This document shows, in pieces, positions 12,872 to 23,981 of a stretch of 64,000 bases of DNA. The stretch covers positions 1 to 64,000 of the forward strand of contig NIVC01001907.1 of assembly GCA_002269645.1 (NCBI GenBank), given 5' to 3'. Each line of letters begins with the position of its first letter. Positions within the stretch are counted from its first letter, which is position 1. The notes beneath the pieces are model-generated. The model searched no databases. It worked only from the letters and a program-made list of their open reading frames with translations, and was not told the DNA's origin. The stretch comes from Macrostomum lignano. Lineage: Eukaryota. The position numbers and the translations under genes were made by a program.

Positions 12872-13680
12872 GTTTTGAAGAAAAGTACGACTTCTGATTT
12901 CTGCTTTATTCATATTTATCGATAGAATAGATATCGATAGCTGGTGAAACCCGCAAATCGCAGCATCAGCAGCAGTCAAACCGTCGGAGACCTGATACCC
13001 AGTACCATCTTCGGAGGGATGGGCGCCGGTCAAGGTCGCAAGACAGAGGCTCTGAGAATGTCACCATCATTGTACTCGTACTCGTAAACGTCGAAGTGCG
13101 AAAGGTGCGATGACAGTAGACAATGCCCGGCTGGTTCGGTTGGTCAAGAAACTCTTCCCGATCTGTTCATCACTATGAAAACTGTCAGACCATCCCAAAA
13201 TAACTGCAAAGCAAAACAGAACAACTCAAGACTTTTATTCGACCGGCCATGCCAACCAAGAGGACTGAGGAGAACGTCCGATTGAACGCAGACACCTGAG
13301 ATGTGAGCACCCAGGACGCAATGCAAAGTCATTGTGAAGAATGAATCTTTTGAACGACTTCCACAATTAAGGGAAGCGTTCAAGGGAGTCGACAGCGAAA
13401 GACGGTTCAACTGTGACTCGACGGTGTTACGGTAAGTTACGAATTGTGTTTGAAAAAAATGGAACTTGGAAATCCTCTATAAAAGACATTCTGTGCCCAT
13501 CCAAACCCCCGTGCACTGACTGCACGTGGTCAAGCCGGGTTAGTTCATCAGTTTATCTCTCATCGCTGCGCTCCCATCACTTCTAACAATTTATTGATTT
13601 TAATGTCCCCAGCAAACTCTTTTTGAGTGCTCATATTTTATAAACCATTGCTTTACTGTTTCTCGCAAAACAAATTTTCG

Positions 13681-13719
13681 GACCCTGACGAAAGCTACGA
13701 TTTGGCCGAAAATTTGGTC
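13681..13719 (+). ncRNA. Hammerhead ribozyme copy 4 (degenerate)
   Basis: GACC-CUGACGA-A-AGCU..GGCC-GAAA-AU-UU-GGUC; helix I GACC/GGUC covaries with the other copies. Confidence 0.6.
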
Positions 13720-13829
13720 TAGTTTATAAACAAATCAAATTGTACCTTCTCTCACTGTGTGTGCGGTTTTTTAATTGATTTCGTCTTTCTATCTATCTAT
13801 CTATCTATAAATCAGCCCAGCAGCCTCAC

Positions 13830-13934
13830 CGGATGCAGATTGGTCTGCTCAGCCGGGGGCAGTTTAGTCACTTCGTGCAGAGCAAAATAGGCGGGCATCA
13901 GGCAAAGCGAGCGATCCATCAGGGTGGTGATGAG
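13830..13934 (-). CDS. MED23: MED23 exon 5
   Basis: CCCGCAG|CTC ... CCG|GTGAGG, 35 codons. LITTLMDRSLCLMPAYFALHEVTKL resembles human VIAYILERNACLLPAYFAVTEIRKL. Missed by the ORF track. Confidence 0.92.
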
Positions 13935-14164
13935 CTGCGGGTTCAGTGGGTGTCACAGACAGTTATAAAGCAATAAATAATTTCGAGTTGTAGCTCGTAA
14001 GTAAGATAAATATTTGATTTAAAAGAAATCGACAGTAAGCAACTTTATTACACACGGGTAAACTTCTAAATCTTACTAAAGCTTCAATAAATTCCATAGA
14101 AATTCTCTACTTATTTCTTGTATTTATTAGCCTCAATTGTCGGATAAAAAAAACAACTTGTACA

Positions 14165-14335
14165 GTTGAAAGCGTCATTTGTAGGATTCCAAAGGCGCCA
14201 TTTGTTGAATTTTAAAAGCGCCATTTGTGAGAATTAAAAAACGAAATTTTTAGGATTTAAAAAGCGCCATTTGTAGGCTTTAAAAAGTGCCATTTGTTGA
14301 ATTTAAAAGGCGCCATTTGTGAGATTTAAAAGCGT
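14165..14335. repeat. Degenerate ~25-bp minisatellite (AAAAGCGCCATTTGT core)
   Basis: About six imperfect copies in MED23 intron 4. Confidence 0.8.
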
Positions 14336-14367
14336 TGTTAAACAAACAAAACAATATTGCAACAAAC

Positions 14368-14566
14368 CTTGAACGCAGGAACAAAGACTTTGTCTTCACC
14401 TTCGCTGAAAGTCTTGTACAAGCCCAACACTTTTCCAAACAGATCCCTGCAGCCTTTGTAGTCCATCTGTCTGACCAGACGATCCATCACTGTCACGGCC
14501 TCTTTAAAGAAGGCCGGATTTCGCATGATATCGTCGTGAGAGACCAACAACTCGTCACAGATGTGC
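14368..14566 (-). CDS. MED23: MED23 exon 4
   Basis: CTACTCAG|G ... AAG|GTTTGT. HICDELLVS..RQMDYKGCRDLFGKVL resembles human LVCESLINS..GGVDYKGVRDLLKVIL. Confidence 0.92.
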
Positions 14567-14767
14567 CTGAGTAGGGGTGATTTTCGTTCGGGGCGACACT
14601 TTGAAACTGAGTTTTATAAACTGGGCAAAACGAACCGAATAACTCAGCCTTAATGAATCCATGAACAGCTAACTCATTCATGATGTGAAAGTGTGAGAGA
14701 GCATCTTAATAATAGATGTTGTACACCATTTATTGTAACCAAGCAAACATTACTGAAAGGCACTAAC

Positions 14768-14943
14768 TTGGCAGACAGTAATCCGCTGTTAATAAGCGGA
14801 TAAAATACTTCCAGACAGCTGACTAACACGCGATCAAGGAACTCCTCCATGACGTGGCTGATGTACAGTTTCACTGCTCGTTTGCGGTCCTCCTGAAAGT
14901 TGAGAATGTACTTTTTTGAAGACGAAAAATCTTTTTTCAGGAC
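14768..14943 (-). CDS. MED23: MED23 exon 3 (acceptor inferred from phase)
   Basis: Donor GCCAA|GTTAGT (phase 2, fits exon 4). CLEVFYPLINSGLLSAK resembles human LYDCLAMAVETGLLPPR. Phase-0 acceptor TTGAAG|GTC has a weak pyrimidine tract. Confidence 0.8.
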
Positions 14944-14962
14944 CTTCAACGGTTTGCTAAAC

Positions 14963-15655
14963 TTTGTCCCTGAACCTTTAGTGGACTGCTCAGCCTTGTC
15001 CCTGAACCTTTAGTGGACTGCTAACCCTTGTTGCTGAACCTTTAGTGGACTGCTAACCCTTGTTGCTGAACCTTTAGTGGACTGCTAATTCTTGTCCCTG
15101 AACCTTCAGTAGCCTATTCAGTCTTGCCCCTGAACCTTCAGTAGCCTACTCAGTCTTGTCCCTGAACCTTCAGCAGCCTACTCAGTCTTGTCCCTGAACC
15201 TTCAGTAGCCTATTCAGTCTTGCCCCTGAACCTTCAGTAGCCTACTCAGTCTTGTCCCTGAACCTTCAGCAGCCTACTCAGTCTTGTCCCTGAACCTTCA
15301 GTAGCCTACTCAGTCTTGCCCCTGAACCTTCAGTAGCCTATTCAGTCTTGCCCCTGAACCTTCAGTAGCCTACTCAGTCTTGTCCTTGAACCTTTAGTAG
15401 CCTACTCAGTCTTGTCCTTGAACCTTCAGTGGCCTATACAGTCTTGTTCCTGAACCTTCAGCGGTCTGTTAACTCTTGTCCCTGAGCTTCCAGTGGTTGC
15501 TAACTCTTGTCCCTGAACCTTCAGTGTCTGTTAACTCTTGTCCCTGAGCTTCCAGTGGTTGCTAACTCTTGTCCCTGAACCTTCAGTGTCTGTTAACTCT
15601 TGTCCCTGAGCTTCCAGTGGTTGCTAACTCTCGTCCCTGAACCTTGTCACTGAAC
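14963..15655. repeat. 31-32-bp intronic minisatellite (CTTGTCCCTGAACCTTCAGTAGCCTACTCAGT variants)
   Basis: Fills nearly all of MED23 intron 2, with a gradient of unit variants. Confidence 0.95.
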
Positions 15656-15706
15656 CTCCCGTGAACTGCTAACCATTTTCCTTGATCCTCCTCAATAAAA
15701 ACTCAC

Positions 15707-15871
15707 CAGATTAAAAGGCCGAAAGGTGTCGATCACATAGCTAGGCAAAAAGCTGTCAGCATCCCCAGCAAGATAGCTGTTCTCGCTGGCAGAATTTGGC
15801 GAAGACTGACTGCCACTTAGTCGCTGGTATGAGCCCAGCCGATACAGAGCAATGTCAGACACATGGTTCTC
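15707..15871 (-). CDS. MED23: Probable MED23 exon 2
   Basis: TTGACAG|GAG ... CTG|GTGAGT, 55 open codons (ENHVSDIALY..DTFRPFNL), phase 0/0. Sequence similarity is weak; support is mainly splice sites, phase and position. Confidence 0.7.
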
Positions 15872-16561
15872 CTGTCAACGATATTTTTTAGATAAATTTT
15901 GACATAAAAATAACATAAATCTAGCTAAGAAAAAAAGGTTTAAAATTCAATTAGTATACATATGGCTTTAATTTCTAATATGGATATAATTGCTGACATC
16001 AGTAGTATATAGTAGAAGAAATTTCCTAGACAATTTTAAAAGAGTACATTTTTTCATGCATTCACACTTTTAAATGAAATGTGTTTTTAACACAATACGG
16101 TTAAGTTTACTTTAGGCACAACTATAGCTTTTTGAATTACTTGCTTTTTGGGAGTATACTTCAAGCAGTGGGTACCCAAATTACCATATTTTAATATTGA
16201 AAAACAACAAGTATCAATAGTTGTAGCTTATAGTACTTTTAGTACTTACATAAAGTTAGTTTATTCCATTTAGTTAATAAAGTTACTCTGAATCAGTCAG
16301 TCTCCATTGATTTAACTTTATGTAAGCTAGGCATCTTAGTACAAAGTAGAAGTAGTAGTTGCACCCAAAAGAGCATTAATTTTAAAGGATACTATTAAAA
16401 GCAATATGCAATTGCAATACTTGGACTTCTTGAACTTTAGGTAGATAAAATAGTTGCAGTTTTGATAGGATCATAATTTTGTCTCTATAGAGGTTTTTGA
16501 TAGTACTGATTTCAAATTTGAGCTTCATTTTTTCATAGCTTAAAGCCAACCACCGGGACAT

Positions 16562-17040
16562 GGGGAATGGGGGGTTTTAGGGTGGGAAGAATCTTCATGG
16601 GGATTGATTTTACCTACTTAAACTTTAATAGAGGCATGGGGGTCTATTGAAGATTAGATAGGTAAATTCTGAACCCAAGGGGGGGGGTCTGATCAGAGGG
16701 GGGGGTGGGGTGGGCCGATAACTACCAACTACTGGGATAGGGAATGGGGGGGTTTAGGGTAAGGAGAATCTTCATGGGGATTGATTTTACCTACTTAAAC
16801 TTTAATAGAGGCATGGGGGTCTATTGAAGATTAGATAGGTAAATTCTGAACCCAAGGGGGGGGGTCTGATCAGAGGGGGGGGTGGGGTGGGCCGATAACT
16901 ACCAACTACTGGGATAGGGAATGGGGGGGTTTAGGGTAAGGAGAATCTTCATGGGGATTGATTTTACCTACCTAAACTTCAATAGAGGCATGGGGGTCTA
17001 TTGTAGATTAGGTAGATAAATTTGGAGACTGAGGGGTCCA
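16562..17040. repeat. About 2.7 tandem copies of a ~178-bp G-rich unit; an inverted relative lies at 20040-20158 plus 25614-25790
   Basis: Near-identical copies start near 16562, 16741 and 16917; reverse-complement matches seen by eye. Confidence 0.8.
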
Positions 17041-18845
17041 GGGTGGAAATGTAATGAAGCTTAAGTAAAACATTCAGCAAGTTATCAAATACCTCCATTA
17101 AGAAAAAATTATAATCTTATCAAACTAATTGATATAAGCAGCTATAGTTACCATTGAGAATAGAGAAAAAAATGCAGATTAGTAGAAATTAAGTATAGGC
17201 AAACAAGTAAAGAATGTACAGTTAGTCACAACCATGAGAGAACAACAGCAAATCAAAAGCAGGAGGTGAAGGTGGTGGTGAACCAGGAGTCAGCATTTTT
17301 TAAAAACACAAATTTGATGTGGCACTCTCCATGCACTATAACAAACTGAGTGAAGAAAAATTAGAATAGACACTCCTTTTATTAGAGTTAAAAATCTAAC
17401 CTCCTAAATGTTTTTTAGAGTGAACTAGCAATCTAGTGTGGCTGTGGCCCCCCTTTGGGGCACCCAATAAGCAAGGAGCAAAAATAGTTCATGGAAAGAA
17501 AAATTAAAAGAGCACATTTTCTTAAACACCAATTCCATCTTCAGTTTAAAAAATCACCTTATTCATGGAAAATTTTCATGGACAATGATGTTTGCTATGA
17601 ATCTCTTTCCCAAAATCAACTAACAGACAACAAAATATAGCTTTCACAAAGATAAAAGACATTCTCCCTAAATAGAAAATATTCCCAAGAAAGCAAGCAT
17701 CCTTCTATATAGCAAGCAACCCCTCCAAAAGTAAGCAATGGCAGATAGCAAGCATCCCCTAATACTCATAGCAAGCATCCACCCAGATAGCAAGCATCCC
17801 CCAGAAATTGCTTGCATCAAATTATCACTAATTATATAGGGGATTACCAAATTGAGCTCCTGTTAACTCTGAAGGTAATTTTTTTGCAGTTTTCTTTGCT
17901 TTATTATCATTTTGGATAGCCTCTAAGACTCTAGTAAAAGTTTTAGAAAAATCAGAAAATTGGACATATTTTATATTCCTAAAGTTCAAGAAGTCCTAAT
18001 ACTTGTTATTGGCTTAAGAAAGGTATGCTAAACATAGATACAGTACACTATAAATAGCACCAAAAATGTCATGCTAAAATAGAATGCAATACCAAAATTA
18101 AATGCAAAATCTATATATAAGAGCAATGTTTTTTTTAATTTTGTCTATGTATAATATAAAATAAATAAAATATCATATTTCCAAAACTTGATACTCCTTG
18201 GTCAAATTTGAATGATAGTTGAATTAGCTACATATAGAATTATAAGGTATAGTACCAAGACCACCACATACCAAGACTGCCACACTTAGGGGAGCTAGGA
18301 GAAATTTGGCTCAATGTGTTAATTAGATGGTGCTAGAGAGATGAGTAGATAGGAGAGCTAGCAGGACAAGGCTGTGAGAAAAGAACCTATGACTTATGAG
18401 AAGAATAGCAATGCTAGAAGATTGGTAGCTCCCCCTCAATACCAGTAATAGCTACGGCGATCTTGGTTTATGATGGTCTTAGTCATGCACCAATTATAAA
18501 GCTAAAAATAAGCTTTCCAAAATAGAATGCAAGTTTGTCAAAATTCAATGGAAAAGGTATTAACATATATACTAGGCCTCCAGTTTTATGGCAAGTTCTT
18601 AGAAAAGTTGAAATTTAAAAAAAATGTATTACTGTTGTTTAACTCTGCGAATATTGAAAATATTTCTTGTATACAAAATATTCCGAATATTCTATACTTT
18701 GTTTTAAATACTAGGCAAATTTTTGCTATAAATAGGAGTCAGTTGGAAGCAGAAATAAATAACCTCGCATCATCTGGTGAACCTTGTGAACCTTTCTAGT
18801 ACCATTGATCAAGCTTTAAATCAGCCTTGGGCTTGTGAGCACTCG

Positions 18846-19347
18846 TGTTACTTATTTCAAGTAGTGGATAGTGACATAAGAGTTGCCCCAAGATTGGGAG
18901 TTTAGTCCGTTCGCAGAGAACGAGAAATCCTAGACTTAGAAGTCTAGTAACCCGCCTTTAGAAAGGCAGAATTCCTACCACAGGGTAGAGAAACCCAGGC
19001 TTAGAGTCTGAGAAACCCGCCTCAGGGCAGAATACCCAGCGAAGTGCGCTGTGACCCTCTGATCCTGGCAACGCCCGGACTGAGAGAAACCCTCCTAGAG
19101 GAGTGAATTGGGGATACATAGAGTTAGAGGATTAGTGCCAAGAGACCGCTCAGGCCAATAAAAGTACATACGCTACCAATAAAAGTACATATGCTACCAA
19201 TAGAAGTACATGCGCTACTAGTAGAAGGCAAGTAATAACCAGCAATATTAACAAGGAATAACCCCTGTAACAACTTGGTAACAGCAGTGGGATATTATTA
19301 AGAAGGAAGCAAAACCTCTAGTACAACTTGGTGTCAGCGGTTGAAAT
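18846..19347 (+). mobile_element. LTR remnant (TGTTAC..GTAACA, 18846-19272) with two degenerate tRNA-Leu-type PBS copies
   Basis: 6-bp terminal inverted repeat; triplicated CCAATA(A/G)AAGTACAT poly(A) module; followed by ACT-TGGTAACAGCAGTGGGAT (19276) and ACT-TGGTGTCAGCGG (19329), versus consensus TGGTGTCAGAAGTGGGAT. No second LTR or pol. Confidence 0.6.
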
Positions 19348-20307
19348 TGTATAGAGAGACGGAGCCCTACGACACATACAATATAATCAAATATATATTT
19401 GGCATATATTGATTATTCTATAGAATGCAAATAATAAATAGCTCAAATAGCCATTCTGCTTTTTATATATAGTGACCATAAAAAGCTTTACTTTATTCCT
19501 TTTACAAGACTTTAACTTTACAAAAATTTTATAGGCTTCTTCAAGTTTATGTTGATAAAATGCTTCCTATTTTTTGATTTTTCTAAAATTTTGACCAGAC
19601 ACTTGGGGTGCTCAAAATGATAAAAAAAAGCAAAATAATCACCAAAAAACTACATTCTATAATGATACAACCTCAGTTTATTAATTGACTATGGTGTCAA
19701 TGAGAATTCGATAAAAATTGCTTCAATGAAATTTTTATTTAAAAAGGAACCATTTTTGAAACAAAAAATAAGTTAACTTATTTTGAAAATTTTGAAAATA
19801 TTTTGAAAAAAAAAATTAAAAAATCACAAGTAATATTAATCATTTTCCAATTATAATGTATAGTGAATACAAATTACTTTATCTAATTTGATATTCAGTT
19901 TTGTTATAATGTCAAATAATTGCCTCATCATGGTTTCCTCTTTTTTAAATTTTATGGTTTTTTATGGTTCCTTTATCCTAAAAAACCCCAAAACATTCCT
20001 CATGGCATATGCCTTAGTATTTGGTCATTGATCTACTAGTAGGGTACCCCTCCACTGAGTCTAGAATTTATCAACACCATCTTGAATAGGTCTCCATGCC
20101 TCTATTTAAGTTTATGTTGAAAAAATCAATCCCTATGAAGAATCTCCCCACTCTAAAAGGTACCCAGTCAATCTGGTGACAAGACGATCTGGCAACAGAC
20201 AATCTGGCGATAGTCAATCTGGCAATAGACGATCTAGCAACAGATATTAAATCAATGTATATCAGCATATATATGGAATAGTTAAGCTATTATTTTTAGC
20301 TTTTTAA

Positions 20308-23300
20308 TCCATATACTAAAAATGAGTTGTTTGTATGTTTGCTTGTGCGCAATTGATTATTTCCCGAATGGCTCAACCAATTTTGTTTAAACTTGCACCA
20401 TTTGATTAGAAATTTTTCCGTGACGGTACATGCATTGTGGCTAAGAAATTGCTAGATGCTAAAGGGATTAAATATTCAAAAAACATGCTTTTTTGCAAAT
20501 CCAATATACTAAAAATCAAAACTATGTACCTACCTATCTATATATCTATAGGAACCTTCGTTTAACTTGACTTTGCGTGGTCCGAATTTTGTGGGGTTTT
20601 CTGCATTTGATGCGTATTGATGGTGCGCTGGTACACAACATTTTGCTAAGAAATTGCTTCATTTTTTCGGGATTAAATATTTGAAAAACTCGATTTTTGC
20701 CCCGTTTTTTAAAGTTCAAACAGTTCTTTCCGATTGAGAAGCATTCTGACTGCCAATGGAATTGTATTGCATCATAACTCAGTGCCAACTATAGCATTGG
20801 TTCTCTACACTGGCGTGGACAGCTACAAGCGTTAAAAGGTTGCGCAACACATTTTAGTTATTGAAATTGAGGGGCGGGAGTTGCTATTCAATTAGTCCTG
20901 GGCATTGGCTTGGTTGTTAATTTTAATGCACCAACTTGCAGGCCTCTCACTGTAGCTGGCGCTGAATGTACACCTTTATGAATTTGACTGCTTTAAAGCA
21001 GGAATATCCAATCGTTGTTTGTGCTTCGAGTTTTTCACTTTCAGAAGAGAGCCTTGTATTGCTGGAAAGAGCTTAAAACGCTGAGTTCGGGAATATAATT
21101 TGTTTGCTGAGATTCGAAAAATTAAAAGCACAGCTTTAAAAAGAGGATTTCTATGCATTTTACTATATATGCTCATTGTACGCTCTCCAATAACGCAAAC
21201 CCCTACTTTATCGCAACTCCACAATTCAAGCCAGCGCCATTGGATTTCAATTTAGATTGCGTAACTACATTGTTGACTTTAATTGTTGACTTCATTAATT
21301 GAAACTGGTATTGACTGCCTGAGAAATTGATTATGTCATTACTTGCTTTGAGTGATTTCTACTCTATGCTGGGAGTTTTCAAAGTGTTGAGTGCTACAAT
21401 TCATGTTATCAAAACGATGAGACCTAGCCTAGAGGTGAACACACTGAACTGCTAATGCAGCAAAGTGGGTTCGAATTTTCAGTGTGTAAATTTTTTTTAT
21501 TAACAATTTTAATTTTAAGACAGGTAAAGGAAACTTTAACAAAAATGTCAGGTAAATCAGGTAAAAGAGAAGAAGCTACGAGCGTTCATGTAGTGTATTA
21601 AATTTTTTTATTAAACTTTAAATTTTGATAAGGATTATTGCACTAGATAAGAAATTATTTATTGTACTAGCTGAGGAAATTGTTTTACTATCTCGCTTGG
21701 GGTACTTTCTATCAGGGGATGCTTGCTATTGGCTGATGCTTGCTCGGGGGAGATTGCTAAGATGTCAAGACTCACTGGGGAATCACTGAGATATAAATGC
21801 TTATAGGGGGAATTACTGAGATGTCAAGGCATAGGGGGAATTGCTGAGATGTCAAGACTTTGACTTACTGGGGAATAATTCAGATATGCAGGCTTACTGG
21901 GGGAATTACTGAGATGTCAAGGCTTAAAAGGGACTTGCTGAGATGCCAAGGCTTAGGAGGAAATCGCTGGGATTTCAAGGCGTGGCGGGAATTTCTGAGA
22001 TGTCAAGTTGTGGGGGGAATCGCTGAGATGTCAGGGCTTTTGACGGGGAGAAATTGCTAAGGTGTGAAGACTTACTAGGGGAATCACTGAGATATAATAA
22101 AGGCTTATAGGGGGAATTGCTAAGATGTCAAGTCTTAAGGGGGAATTTATGAGACGTCAAGTATTGGGTGGGAATTCCTGAAATTTCAACTTTTGAGAGC
22201 AAATTGCTGAGATGTCAAAGCTTAAGAGAGAATTACTGAGGTGTCAAGGCTCATTTGGGATTGGGGATTCTTTACATGAGGGCTGCTTCTAATGGATATC
22301 TTTAGATAGGCGATTCATTGCTAAATTCCTTCGATGGGGGATTCTTTCGATGGAGGGTTCTTTGAATGGGGGATTCTTTAGATGAAGGATTCTTTCGATA
22401 AAGGGATCCTTTGGATATGGGATTATTTGGACGAGGATTCTTTAGATGAGGGGATTCTTTGGCGTAGGATTCTATTGATGGGGGATTATTTGGATGGGAG
22501 ATTCTTTGGATTCTTTTGATGGGGATTCTGTGGATGGGGATTTTTGGATGGGTATTATTTGGAGTCGGATTCTTTGGATTATTTGGACGGGCTTCTTTAG
22601 ATAAGGGGACTCTTTGGCCAATGATTCTTTTGATGGAGGTTTATTTGGATGAGAGAATATTTGCATTATTTTGATCGGGATTCTGTGGATAGGGATTATT
22701 TGGATTGGGATTCCTGAGGGGGGATTTTTTGGATATGGATGGAGGTCGGGGATTCTTTGGATAGGGATGGATGGGGAGATTCTTTGGATAGGGATGTATA
22801 GGCCGGGGGATTCTTTGGATAGGGGATTCTATCGATGGGGGATTCCTTGAATAGGGGATTCATTGGATGGGGAATTCTTTGGATTGGGATTCTATTGGAG
22901 GGGGTTCTTTGAATGGGGGATCATTTAGATGAAGGATTCTTTAGATAAGGGTTATTTTCATGGGGGTTCTTCAGATGAGGGAATTCTTTAGCCAAGAATT
23001 CTATTGATTTGGGGATTATTTGGATGGGAGATTCTTTGGATTCTTTGGATGGGGATTATTTTGACGGGTTTCTGTTGATGAGGGAATTATTTGGCCAATT
23101 TTTTTTATGGGGGATTATTTTGATGGGAGATCTAAGAATTATTTGGATGGGGATGGGGATGGGGATTATGATGTGAATTATTTGGATGGGGATTCTTTGG
23201 CGGGGGATTCATTGGATATGAATGGATGGGGGATTCTTTAGATAGGAATGGATGGGGAAATTTTTTTGATAGGGATAGATGGGGGATTCTTTGGATAGGG

Positions 23301-23603
23301 ATGGATGGAGGATTCTTTGGATGGGGATTCTGTAGATGAGGGATTCTTTGGATGGGGATTCTTCAAATACGGGGCTTCTGTAGACGGGGGATTTCTTGAG
23401 TAAGGGATTCATTGGATGGGGAATTCTTCAGATGAGAGGATTCTTGAATGGGGAATTCTTCGGATCAATGATTCTATCCATGGGGGTTCTTGGGATGGGG
23501 GATTCCTTGCATGTGAGATTCTTTGCATCGGGGATTTTGTGGATGGGGAAAACTGTGGTTGGAGTTTGGACGGAAAGCCCCAACGGGAGTTGGAATTGGC
23601 TAG
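20308..23603 (+). mobile_element. Non-autonomous Helitron (TC..hairpin-CTAG), followed head-to-tail by a second 5' end (23604-~23792)
   Basis: A|TCCATATACTAAAAATGAGTTGTTTGTATG start; CCAAC-GGGA-GTTGG hairpin 6 nt before CTAG|T; internal second TCCAATATACTAAAAA at 20500; internal degenerate GGGGATTCTTTGGAT minisatellites. Confidence 0.7.
21750..23540. repeat. Degenerate G-rich minisatellites inside the Helitron (GGGGAATTGCTGAGATGTCAAGG and GGGGATTCTTTGGAT types)
   Basis: Visible imperfect arrays; account for the K/S/P-rich minus-strand ORFs. Confidence 0.8.
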
Positions 23604-23981
23604 TCCATATACTAAAAATGAGTTGTTTGTATGTTTGCTTGTGCGCAATTGATTATCTCCTGAATGGCTCAACCAATTTTGTTTAAACTTGCACCATTCG
23701 ATTAGAAATTTTTCCATGATGGTACATGCATTGTGGCTAAGAAATTGCTAGATGCTAAAGGGATTAAATATTCAAAAAACATGCTTTTTGCAAAGTATGA
23801 CCTATTAATACTTAAATAATTAAATAAAAATCACATAAAATATAATTCTTGTAGTTATATTTTGATAGCTGTACATATACATAGCTGTTGATTTTCAAAA
23901 TGTTATTTGCAAATACAATCAATCAATTTAATCTGCTTGGAAAGCAAGTTTGTATGACTATGATCAATAATGTTGTATATA

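Larger units (their letters stand above)
6070..13810 (+). mobile_element. Interrupted tandem array of hammerhead-bearing monomers (Penelope pseudo-LTR / retrozyme-like)
   Basis: Shared modules recur: CAGTGCCCAGTTG (about 6090, 7040, 12453), CCAAT-like plus TATAAATA-like boxes upstream of HHR1 and HHR3, and CTAT-rich tails after each HHR. Interrupted by about 4.8 kb of other TE DNA. Confidence 0.6.

Noticed and set aside
12950-13460. Possible Penelope GIY-YIG endonuclease remnant between HHR3 and HHR4 (RHLRCEHPG..LREAF)
   Set aside because: No recognisable GIY/YIG motifs and multiple frameshifts are needed; only a profile search could decide.
14643-14705. Possible mutually exclusive MED23 exon (..MNELAVHGFIKAE resembles INSGLLSAK)
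   Set aside because: No acceptor with compatible phase, an in-frame stop just upstream, and short similarity.
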